From the IMG/VR virus record IMGVR_UViG_3300037042_001212, positions 16,528-80,527 of that record: a stretch of DNA of 64,000 nt; one strand, given 5' to 3'. The position numbers were made by a program, and so were the translations under genes. This stretch comes from a virus. Shown here one piece after another: positions 54,925 to 62,450 of this stretch; the stretch's first letter is position 1, and the number at the start of each line of letters is the position of its first letter. A model generated the notes under the pieces. The model ran no database searches, had not been told where the DNA came from, and saw only the letters and a program-made list of their open reading frames with translations.

Positions 54925-54935
54925 TGTGGTATAAT
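54925..54935 (+). promoter_or_regulatory. extended -10 promoter heading the early region
   Basis: TGTG-G-TATAAT. Confidence 0.6.
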
Positions 54936-54971
54936 GTAGTCACTGTTTGGCACCTTGCCATTCAGTCGCTT

Positions 54972-54994
54972 AGCCCCGACGCATCGGGGCTTTT
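54972..54994 (+). terminator. leader hairpin with short T-tract
   Basis: AGCCCCGA-CGCA-TCGGGGCT-TTT. Confidence 0.45.
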
Positions 54995-55009
54995 GCTTTG
55001 GAGGTCACT

Positions 55010-55180
55010 GTGTTCCCCAACCAATGGAAGATCATTCGCTACAACTCGTTGCTCACTGGTCAGCGCGGCTGGATCGCACTCGACACCTTCGCTGGTGTGG
55101 CCGCGATGGATACCGTGTTCAACACGCGTGATGAGGCCGTGCTCGGCGCGTGTTTCGAGATGACCATTCTCGGCAAGTAG
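55010..55180 (+). CDS. small early protein (paralog 1)
   Basis: GGAGG RBS, GTG start; GWIALDT...VFNTRDEAVLGACFE. Confidence 0.65.
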   Translation: MFPNQWKIIRYNSLLTGQRGWIALDTFAGVAAMDTVFNTRDEAVLGACFEMTILGK

Positions 55181-55240
55181 TCTCTACTCTCTACGCGCCA
55201 TCACTCGGCGCGTACTGAGTGCGGATTACCCGCACTCGTC

Positions 55241-55259
55241 TGGGGTGCTGTGCACCCCA
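55241..55259. repeat. 19-bp palindrome, copy 1 (one mismatch)
   Basis: TGGGGTGCTGTGCACCCCA; stem extends to 55237..55263. Confidence 0.85.
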
Positions 55260-55287
55260 GACGCCTATCACAACGAAAGGAACTACC

Positions 55288-55686
55288 ATGAAACACCAGA
55301 ACCAATGGCTCAACGCCCTCGTCGCTGCACTCAAGGCCAAGCAAGACCACAAGGCCGCGCTCACCGCGCTCATTGCGCACCACGGCGGCAAGCGCACGCT
55401 CGACCTCATGATCGACCTGCACGCGGGAATCGAGGTGCTGTTTCCCAAGACCGACGCCGTGGTCAAGGCGTACTTGGGCCAGCCGAACGTGAGCTTCCCC
55501 AACAAGGGCGCAGGCTACGACACGTGGCGCGACCTGATCTTGCCGCACCTGCCCAAGCTCAAGGCCGCGACGCACAAGGGCAAGCCGAGCAAGTCCGTTG
55601 ACCCGGTCGCTTCGTTCGCCAAGCGTGCGATGCGCGACCTCACCCCGGCGCAATGCCGTCGCTTGGCAGCGGTGCTGCTTGGCTGA
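55288..55686 (+). CDS. hypothetical early protein
   Basis: AAAGGA RBS, start MKHQNQW. Confidence 0.65.
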   Translation: MKHQNQWLNALVAALKAKQDHKAALTALIAHHGGKRTLDLMIDLHAGIEVLFPKTDAVVKAYLGQPNVSFPNKGAGYDTWRDLILPHLPKLKAATHKGKPSKSVDPVASFAKRAMRDLTPAQCRRLAAVLLG

Positions 55687-55692
55687 GCAGGT

Positions 55693-55711
55693 TGGGGTGC
55701 TCAGCACCCCA
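55693..55711. repeat. 19-bp palindrome, copy 2
   Basis: TGGGGTGCTCAGCACCCCA, 6 nt after a stop codon. Confidence 0.9.
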
Positions 55712-55787
55712 GCTTTGACAGATTCCCACAGCTTGGTTTTGTGGGCGCGATGGGGGCGGCGCTACTGCCCCCACTACGTTTAGGAGA

Positions 55788-56054
55788 ATGATCATGCTTG
55801 CACAACTACTGAAGCAGAAGCTGTTTGCCGCGCCAACCATCATGACACTGGCGAAACAGTGCGTGTATCTGGAAGGCGAATACGAGCCACGCCTCGGCGC
55901 TCACGAGGGCTACAAGGCCATCATGTCCGTGGCCGAAGATGCGATGGTTTACTGGGTCAAGCAGGGCGACTACGCTTCCGCGCAAGCTGCGCTGGAGAGC
56001 GCGGGTGAGCTGCTGCACGAGCTGGACGTCAAGGTAAATGGGGTGCCGTCATGA
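55788..56054 (+). CDS. hypothetical early protein
   Basis: AGGAG RBS; start at 55788 or 55794. Confidence 0.6.
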   Translation: MIMLAQLLKQKLFAAPTIMTLAKQCVYLEGEYEPRLGAHEGYKAIMSVAEDAMVYWVKQGDYASAQAALESAGELLHELDVKVNGVPS

Positions 56055-56221
56055 GCCAATACCGCATTGAGCGATACGCCCACGGTTGGATTGCTATCGA
56101 CACCGCGCAGGTGTCGGTGGCGCTGAATGCCGTGTTCGACACGCGTGACGAGGCCGTGCTTGCCGCATGTTTTGAAACCGCCCGAAAGGAAGCTGTGCTG
56201 CTCCGCACCACGCTGCGATGA
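56051..56221 (+). CDS. small early protein (paralog 2; 56 aa, not in the ORF track)
   Basis: MSQYRIERYAHGWIAIDTAQVSVALNAVFDTRDEAVLAACFETARKEAVLLRTTLR; ATGA overlap. Confidence 0.7.
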   Translation: MSQYRIERYAHGWIAIDTAQVSVALNAVFDTRDEAVLAACFETARKEAVLLRTTLR

Positions 56222-56229
56222 GACCAAGT

Positions 56230-56248
56230 TGGGGTGCTCAACACCCCA
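56230..56248. repeat. 19-bp palindrome, copy 3 (one mismatch)
   Basis: TGGGGTGCTCAACACCCCA; stem extends to 56227..56251. Confidence 0.85.
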
Positions 56249-56284
56249 ACTCCATGTCTCCAGAACACGTTGCCAAAAACCCCC

Positions 56285-56615
56285 CTCCGGACTATTGTCC
56301 TGAGCGTCCTATAAAAAACACGGGGTGGGGACAAGCTTTTGCGTTACCAATCAAAAGCAAACGCGTCCAGCGTCCACATATCCTACATATATATATACTT
56401 TTAGAAAAGTAAATATATATAGCTCCGCAAGTGGACATTTGTCTTCGCTTTTTTCTTTTTCTTTTTCTTCCCTTTGTTGAAGTACTGTTTTTAGTAGGAC
56501 AACTGGAGCAAAGCATGTAACCTGTTGATATGTATAGGCACAACAGTGTCCACATACATACCTCTTTCGTCGGACAGAGTGGGACAAAAACAGAATTAGT
56601 TGACACTCCGGACGG
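56285..56615. other. candidate replication origin
   Basis: AT-rich non-coding tract with a TA-rich near-palindrome and about eleven GGAC/GTCC motifs in both orientations. Confidence 0.5.
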
Positions 56616-56633
56616 TGTTATGTATCCACCTGA

Positions 56634-57218
56634 ATGCAAAGGATTTATATGACTCCACCTAAACGTACGTGCGTAGGATGCGGCCAAATTAAGGCCCAAA
56701 CAGCGTTCTATTGGTACAAAAAGCAGCGCACCGTGCTGCGCAAAATCTGCCATAAATGCTACGCGGCATGGTTGCTCAGCGACACATCCGGTAAGCGCAT
56801 CACTAATGCCGAGCATCGTGGTGAGATCACCAAATACTACGCCGCTGCCATGCGCGTCAAAATCGCCAGCACTCGCGCTGCAACAAACGAACAACGCAAG
56901 GCCAAGCTGCGCGACATAGCTACCAAGCACCACGAGCACCGCAGATTCTTGGAGGCCGAGTACGGCATCCGCGCTGCCACGCCCACTGAGTGTATGAACC
57001 CAACGTATGTGGCTGACCAAGCCGAACGCCGCGCAAGGTATGAGGCAGATACCGCCCGCGAGCAGGCACGTCGAGACAAGATCAGCAAGGCTTTGACTGG
57101 ACGCCCACGCGCACCACGCGCACCGAGCGCCGCCGACCGGCTGGCTGCTGCCGCGAGAGAACGGTCATCGACCACTGCTTCAGCAGGGTCACCCTCCGCT
57201 GCGGCCCGCGCTAAATAG
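56634..57218 (+). CDS. zinc-finger-containing basic protein
   Basis: CVGC...CHKC; RRDKISKALTGR (NUMOD3-like) segment; start may be 56649. Confidence 0.6.
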   Translation: MQRIYMTPPKRTCVGCGQIKAQTAFYWYKKQRTVLRKICHKCYAAWLLSDTSGKRITNAEHRGEITKYYAAAMRVKIASTRAATNEQRKAKLRDIATKHHEHRRFLEAEYGIRAATPTECMNPTYVADQAERRARYEADTAREQARRDKISKALTGRPRAPRAPSAADRLAAAARERSSTTASAGSPSAAARAK

Positions 57219-57220
57219 CT

Positions 57221-57239
57221 TGGGGTGCTCAGCACCCCA
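57221..57239. repeat. 19-bp palindrome, copy 4
   Basis: TGGGGTGCTCAGCACCCCA, 2 nt after a stop codon. Confidence 0.9.
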
Positions 57240-57336
57240 GAACGTAGTGTAGTAAACACGTAAGCCGTTACGTGTCGTAGCACCCGACAGTGGCCATTCC
57301 GGTCACTCAGGCTTTTTAAAACCAAGGAGAACGACC

Positions 57337-57570
57337 ATGAGCAAGAACGCACAACGCCACACCCGCGCCACCTTCACCAAGCAGTCCAACCAAGCGTGCA
57401 TGCTGCTCGACCACGCGCCCAAGCCCCCGCGCCTCCAGTGCGTGGCCTACATCACGGGGTTCGGCTTCGTCCGCCCCGGCCTCCCCCGCTTCGTGCCCGT
57501 GCTTCGCAAGGCCGACGCGCTCCCCGCGTGGAAGTCACCCACGCTGCTACGTTGCCAGCAAACTCGGTGA
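57337..57570 (+). CDS. hypothetical early protein
   Basis: AAGGAG RBS. Confidence 0.6.
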   Translation: MSKNAQRHTRATFTKQSNQACMLLDHAPKPPRLQCVAYITGFGFVRPGLPRFVPVLRKADALPAWKSPTLLRCQQTR

Positions 57571-57597
57571 TGAGGTGGAAATACCGGATGAATTGAA

Positions 57598-57687
57598 ATG
57601 AGCAAGCTCGTGCTGTTAGGTGCAGGGGTGCTGAGTGCAGTGCTCCTGTGGACTGTCCTGATTCTATTCTTTCTTTTGGAGGTGTGA
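57598..57687 (+). CDS. 29-aa single-TM peptide (not in the ORF track)
   Basis: MSKLVLLGAGVLSAVLLWTVLILFFLLEV; ends 1 nt before the next ATG. Confidence 0.45.
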   Translation: MSKLVLLGAGVLSAVLLWTVLILFFLLEV

Positions 57688-57688
57688 A

Positions 57689-57931
57689 ATGAAACCCCGT
57701 AACTTTGAAGAAGCGCTGGACCAGCTTGCGGATGACAACCGCGCCCTGTGGGATGCGCTGGACAACATCGTCACCCTGTGGGATGCGCTGGACAACCGCG
57801 CCCTGCGGGATGCGCTGGACAACATCGTCACCCTGTGGGGGCTGCAGGCCAGCATCGATGACATCGAGAACAGCATGGGCCGTGCCCGTGCCCTGCTGTG
57901 CAACACCGCACCAGAGGAGGAGACGAAATGA
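57689..57931 (+). CDS. hypothetical protein with internal tandem duplication
   Basis: GGAGG RBS; LWDALDN repeats. Confidence 0.6.
   Translation: MKPRNFEEALDQLADDNRALWDALDNIVTLWDALDNRALRDALDNIVTLWGLQASIDDIENSMGRARALLCNTAPEEETK
57734..57839 (+). repeat. 57-bp tandem duplication built from 27/30-bp subunits
   Basis: GACAACCGCGCCCTG(T/C)GGGATGCGCTGGACAACATCGTCACCCTGTGGG twice. Confidence 0.85.
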
Positions 57932-58194
57932 ACGACACCCAGTATCTATGGAAAGCATTACGACAAGGGAGGCACGGCGGAATTGACGTAGTGGGATTCA
58001 AGGAAGCAGGGCGAAGTTCGGTGCTTGCGGGTCAAATCTTGACCTGCTTCATAGACAACTATGAAGACGAAGCAGCCGCCCTGATTGAATACCCGGAAGC
58101 AAAAGACAACGGCTGTGCTGGCCCGGTCAGCGTATCTCATCTTCCGGGCGAGAATGACCCGGTTCCGGGCGGCATGTATCCAGACGATATCTAG
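57928..58194 (+). CDS. hypothetical early protein
   Basis: GAGGAG RBS, ATGA overlap. Confidence 0.6.
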   Translation: MNDTQYLWKALRQGRHGGIDVVGFKEAGRSSVLAGQILTCFIDNYEDEAAALIEYPEAKDNGCAGPVSVSHLPGENDPVPGGMYPDDI

Positions 58195-58203
58195 GAGAAC
58201 GAC

Positions 58204-58392
58204 ATGAAAAAACCGACAGTAGAAGAATGGATGGCCTACCACACTGAGATGCACATCTTAGCGAAGGCGGCGCATAACCCGTATGTGTTTGACCCGAAAA
58301 CAAAGGTGCAATTCGCAACCCCAAAGTCGTTGCGCGTAGCCCTAGAGCACATCACCAACCTTGACCTGCTGTATGACCCAAAGGAGAAATAA
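58204..58392 (+). CDS. hypothetical early protein
   Basis: AGGAG RBS. Confidence 0.6.
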   Translation: MKKPTVEEWMAYHTEMHILAKAAHNPYVFDPKTKVQFATPKSLRVALEHITNLDLLYDPKEK

Positions 58393-58393
58393 C

Positions 58394-58981
58394 ATGGACC
58401 AAGTAGAAGTAATCAAAGGGAACGGTCACCAGAAGGGCTACACCGCCACGCTGTATTACGACCAAGACGCAGAGGGTCCTGACAACTGGGACAACCTCGG
58501 CACCATCACATACGCTAAGCGTAGTTCGTACGTGCTGGGAAACAAAGCGGTAGACGCTGAGGAGGACGCTGAGATCGCACAGAAGGTAGAGAGCGGCGAG
58601 TACATCGGCACCCCGGTGTATGCGTACGTGCACAGCGGTGCAACGATCAGCACCAGCTCGTTCAGCTGCCCGTGGGACTCAGGGCGTAGCGGCTGGGTGT
58701 ATGTGTCCCGTGCGGATGTGCGGAAAGAGTACAGCTGCAAGCGCATCAGCAAGAAGACGCGTGAGAAAGCGGAGCGCGTGCTGCGCGGCGAAGTTAAAAC
58801 GTACGCGCAGTACCTTGAGGGTGATGTGTACGGCATCATCATCACTGACCCCGATGGTGAAGAAGTCGATAGCTGCTGGGGGTTCTATGGTTTCAACTAT
58901 GCCAAGGAAGAAGCTGAGCGCATGCTGAAGGAACACAACCGCCCGGTGCAGTTGGAGTTGTTTGAAGAAGTACACGCGTAA
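58394..58981 (+). CDS. conserved-type phage early protein
   Basis: YVHSGATI...CPWDSG..GW...YAQYLEGDVYG...DSCWGFYG; AAGGAG RBS. Confidence 0.65.
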   Translation: MDQVEVIKGNGHQKGYTATLYYDQDAEGPDNWDNLGTITYAKRSSYVLGNKAVDAEEDAEIAQKVESGEYIGTPVYAYVHSGATISTSSFSCPWDSGRSGWVYVSRADVRKEYSCKRISKKTREKAERVLRGEVKTYAQYLEGDVYGIIITDPDGEEVDSCWGFYGFNYAKEEAERMLKEHNRPVQLELFEEVHA

Positions 58982-59010
58982 CTCAGGGTCATTGTGACCC
59001 GCAGTTAATC

Positions 59011-59029
59011 TGGGGTGCTGAGCACCCCA
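59011..59029. repeat. 19-bp palindrome, copy 5
   Basis: TGGGGTGCTGAGCACCCCA, intergenic; preceded by hairpin GGGTCA-TTG-TGACCC. Confidence 0.9.
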
Positions 59030-59048
59030 ACAACCCAAGGAGATAGTC

Positions 59049-60029
59049 ATGGGTCCCAACGCTATTGGTCAATGTACGAGCATCACCATCACGGGCGGCT
59101 ACCCTGCCGCTGTCCGTCACTTCGAGGACACCAAGCTACCACGCGGCATCAAGTGGGGCGAAGACGAACGCCCGCTGTATAACACGCGCAGCCATCACTA
59201 CCGCCTCGTGCGTGGGCCGGACGGTGCGTATTACGACGTGGTGCTGTATCGCACGCCCATGCTGCGGCTGTTCAAGCCCAACGAGGACGGCACCCGCGAG
59301 CTGTGCCTGCGTGCCCACCCGTCTAGTGCGTCGAACATTTTCATGTGGAGTGTGTGCGGGTTCGGCTACGCGCCACGGTTCACGACCACGGAGGGGGACG
59401 CGGTGCTCGTGCCCCTGTACTGCTGGCCGCTTGCGGCCAAGCGTGTCGGTAGCACACCGAGCATACCGGACGGGTTCTCTGCACTCATCACGCTCGACGC
59501 TGAGGGTCGGCTGATCCGTGAACGCTCCGCGCACTACATGCCGTATGTCAGAGTCATGTCGGACGAAGACAAGGCCGTGCGTGTGCAGTGGAGTGCCAAG
59601 CTTGCCACGTACATCGACATGCTCATGCTGCGCAGTAGCTACTACCACGCGGCTGCGGCACCCCGTATGTACAACGGCAGGCCGTTCAAAGGACCGAACT
59701 ATGGCAGGCTGGGGCGAGACTGCTTCCAGCACTGGGATGCCATCGGTGACAACGAGTTCAGCAGCATGAACGATCTGGCGCAGGTGGTTTACACGCAGAT
59801 GCTGAGCTCACGCATGTACGACGACGACCTCAACGACAAGCCTGCCGGTCTTGCCGAGGTCAAGAAGTTCCGCGCTAACTTCACCCGCGTGCTGTTTAAG
59901 TTGATGGGCATCGACAAGAAAAGCGGCAAGAAGATACTTGGGAATTTCCCGGTCAAGGTGCCGCAGAATTATCGTTTTGACCTTGGGAATTTCCCGGTCA
60001 AGGTGCCGCAGAATTATCGTTTTGACTGA
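59049..60029 (+). CDS. hypothetical early protein
   Basis: 326 aa, AAGGAG RBS; last 15 aa duplicated. Confidence 0.65.
   Translation: MGPNAIGQCTSITITGGYPAAVRHFEDTKLPRGIKWGEDERPLYNTRSHHYRLVRGPDGAYYDVVLYRTPMLRLFKPNEDGTRELCLRAHPSSASNIFMWSVCGFGYAPRFTTTEGDAVLVPLYCWPLAAKRVGSTPSIPDGFSALITLDAEGRLIRERSAHYMPYVRVMSDEDKAVRVQWSAKLATYIDMLMLRSSYYHAAAAPRMYNGRPFKGPNYGRLGRDCFQHWDAIGDNEFSSMNDLAQVVYTQMLSSRMYDDDLNDKPAGLAEVKKFRANFTRVLFKLMGIDKKSGKKILGNFPVKVPQNYRFDLGNFPVKVPQNYRFD
59937..60026 (+). repeat. perfect 45-bp tandem duplication
   Basis: CTTGGGAATTTCCCGGTCAAGGTGCCGCAGAATTATCGTTTTGAC twice. Confidence 0.95.
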
Positions 60030-60042
60030 TGTTGTAAAACTC

Positions 60043-60071
60043 TTGACACCAAGAGTCCTGTTGCATAAACT
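60043..60071 (+). promoter_or_regulatory. near-consensus sigma70 promoter
   Basis: TTGACA-N17-TAAACT upstream of the AAA gene. Confidence 0.7.
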
Positions 60072-60103
60072 TGTTTGTATAACTACAACGAAGGAGTAAG
60101 ACC

Positions 60104-61228
60104 ATGAACCAAGCACTGTCCCATAAGCAAATCGTTTCACTGATCAAGGCCGTCGGCCCCGAGGTCACGGTTATCGTGCAAGGTGAGAACGGCGTGGGTA
60201 AAACGTCCGTGCAGTATGACCTGCGCCAAGACCCGGACTTCCTCGGGCACTCCGTGCTCGACCCCATCGACTGCACCCAGCTGTCGGACGGCAGCGTGTG
60301 GATGCCTGACATCGATCGCGACAACGGCATCAGCCGCGAGCTCCCCAACGAGCGCTTCGGCATCAGCACCAAGAGCCACGCGGGCATCCCCGGCTCGCGC
60401 CCTGTGGTCGTCTGCCTCGATGAGATTCTCAAGTGCCCGCAGTACATCAAGAACGTGCTGGCCCCGGTGATTTACGAGCGGCGCTTGGGTAACCTGCACC
60501 TGCCTCGCGGCAGTATCGTGTGGGGTGCGACTAACCTCGCTGTTGAGGGTCTGGGTGACCTGATCCAGCCGCACCTCCGGAGTCGCTTGCTGAAGGTGAC
60601 GTTGCGCAAGCCCACGCAGCAGGAGTGGCGCACCGAGTTCGCTGAGCCCCGGCGCTTGCATCACACCGTGACTGCGTTCACCGAGATGTTCCCGCAGTTG
60701 TTCGACTCGTTCATGGACTACGAGCCCGGTGGCAAGTTCTCCGGCAAGCCCATGTCCAAGGACAACCCGCGCATCTTCAACCCGCGTGAGCAGCAGGATG
60801 GCTTCGCCAGCCCGCGCTCGCTGCACTCCATGAGCAAGATCATGCACAACGCTGCGGCGCTCGATGACACCACGCTGTTCGCTGCCATCGCCGGTACTGC
60901 GGGTGAGCCGACTGCTGCGGACTTCATGGCTGTGGTCAAGCTCGACCGTGACATCCCCTCGTTCGAGCGTGTGATCGCTGACCCTGACGGCACGCCCATC
61001 GTTGACAACCCGACAGCGCAGCTCGTGCAGGTGCAGCAGTTTATCTACGCCACGCAGACGCGTGATGAAGCTGCCTTGCTGCTGCGCTACATCAAGCGCA
61101 TGCGGGCTGAGATGCAGACCCTGTTCGTCAACCAGATCGCCAACTCCACGCGGGTGTTGACCTTCGGCACGGTCGATGGGTTCCGCGAGATGATGAACAA
61201 CAACAGTATCTTTCTGAGGACGAAGTAA
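60104..61228 (+). CDS. MoxR-like AAA+ ATPase
   Basis: GENGVGKT Walker A, VVCLDE Walker B, GATN sensor, SPRS. Confidence 0.85.
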   Translation: MNQALSHKQIVSLIKAVGPEVTVIVQGENGVGKTSVQYDLRQDPDFLGHSVLDPIDCTQLSDGSVWMPDIDRDNGISRELPNERFGISTKSHAGIPGSRPVVVCLDEILKCPQYIKNVLAPVIYERRLGNLHLPRGSIVWGATNLAVEGLGDLIQPHLRSRLLKVTLRKPTQQEWRTEFAEPRRLHHTVTAFTEMFPQLFDSFMDYEPGGKFSGKPMSKDNPRIFNPREQQDGFASPRSLHSMSKIMHNAAALDDTTLFAAIAGTAGEPTAADFMAVVKLDRDIPSFERVIADPDGTPIVDNPTAQLVQVQQFIYATQTRDEAALLLRYIKRMRAEMQTLFVNQIANSTRVLTFGTVDGFREMMNNNSIFLRTK

Positions 61229-62436
61229 TGATTACCCCAACCACATGGGGGCGGATGCCCCTTGAGCAACGCATCATCGCTTGCCACACTGACATCATGC
61301 AGCACCCCGAGTTCGCCATGCTCTCGGGTGTGGTGTGTGTCGGTAAGGTTATCGTTGATGATCGCCCGACTGCGGCTACCAACGGGCGTGATGTGTACTA
61401 TGGCCGTGCGTTCAGTGAGGCACTCAACCAGAAGCAGCTGCGCTACGTTGTGATACACGAGAACTTTCACAAAGCGCTCAAGCACTGCACCGAGTACCGT
61501 GACGTGAATGCGAAGTGGCCCGAGCTGTCCAACGTGGCGCAGGACTACGTGATCAACGGCCTCGCAGAAGAGTCCGACCGCATCAACCCCGGCTTCATTC
61601 AGCGCCCGTGGGAGGAGGACTGGTTGATGGACAGTAAGTATGACGGCATGGGGTTCCTTGAGGTTCTCCAGAAGCTGCTGCAGAATCCTCCTCCGGAGGG
61701 GGGTGGCTCCGGTGGTAGCGGCGCGGGTTCGTTCGATGAGCACATCGACGGCAGCGGGGAGTTGACCGAGGGGGAGATCACCGAGGCGCACGGTCAGATC
61801 GGTGACGCGCTGCGGCAGGGTCGCATCCTCGCCTCCAAGCTACGGGGTGAGGGTAGTGGAGGTAGCCCTCTCGACAACCTGCTGCAGCAACGCAACACTG
61901 ACTGGCGCACCCCGTTGCAGGAGTTCGTGCAGACCTTCTGCGTAGGGGATGACAACTCGCGCTTCTGCCCCCCTAACCGTCGGCTGCTGCCGCTGGGCTT
62001 CATCATGCCCTCGCACTTCAGTGAGGCGGTGGGTGAGCTGATCGTTGCCTGTGATACGTCCGGTTCGATGACGGGCGTGTATCCCACGGTCTTCGGTGAG
62101 ATCGCTCGCATCTGTGCGCTCGTGCGCCCTGACCTTGTGCGCGTGCTGTGGTGGGATGGCGAGGTCAACAGCGAGCAGGTCTTCACCCCGCTCGACTACG
62201 ACAAGATGGCGTCAGTCATGAAGCCCGAGGGTGGCGGCGGCACTACTGTGTCGTGCGTCGCTCGTTACATTGCTGCGAAGCAATACAAACCACAGGCGGT
62301 GATCTACCTGACCGACGGCTACATCGAGCACGAGTACGAGATGCCGCCCGTGCCGTGTTTGTGGGGTGTGGTTGATCACCCCAACTTCCAGCCGCGTGCT
62401 GGCAAGAAGATCAACATCAGTAGCATTTCTTTATAA
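61228..62436 (+). CDS. metallopeptidase-like + VWA domain protein (DUF2201-like)
   Basis: TAATNG, HENFHKALKH, MIDAS DTSGSM, GGGGT, YLTDGY. Confidence 0.8.
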   Translation: MITPTTWGRMPLEQRIIACHTDIMQHPEFAMLSGVVCVGKVIVDDRPTAATNGRDVYYGRAFSEALNQKQLRYVVIHENFHKALKHCTEYRDVNAKWPELSNVAQDYVINGLAEESDRINPGFIQRPWEEDWLMDSKYDGMGFLEVLQKLLQNPPPEGGGSGGSGAGSFDEHIDGSGELTEGEITEAHGQIGDALRQGRILASKLRGEGSGGSPLDNLLQQRNTDWRTPLQEFVQTFCVGDDNSRFCPPNRRLLPLGFIMPSHFSEAVGELIVACDTSGSMTGVYPTVFGEIARICALVRPDLVRVLWWDGEVNSEQVFTPLDYDKMASVMKPEGGGGTTVSCVARYIAAKQYKPQAVIYLTDGYIEHEYEMPPVPCLWGVVDHPNFQPRAGKKINISSISL

Positions 62437-62450
62437 CCAAGGAGATAGAG

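Noticed and set aside
56292-57020. 242-aa - strand ORF and other long antisense ORFs across the window
   Set aside because: They overlap better-supported genes or the AT-rich tract, lack an RBS or motifs, and are expected shadows in GC-rich coding DNA.
57625-57635. Sixth copy of the palindrome (GGGGTGCTGAG)
   Set aside because: Half-site only, inside a small coding sequence; probably chance.
55241-59029. CRISPR array formed by the palindromic repeats
   Set aside because: Spacing is irregular (about 450-1800 bp) with whole genes between copies, and no cas operon is present.
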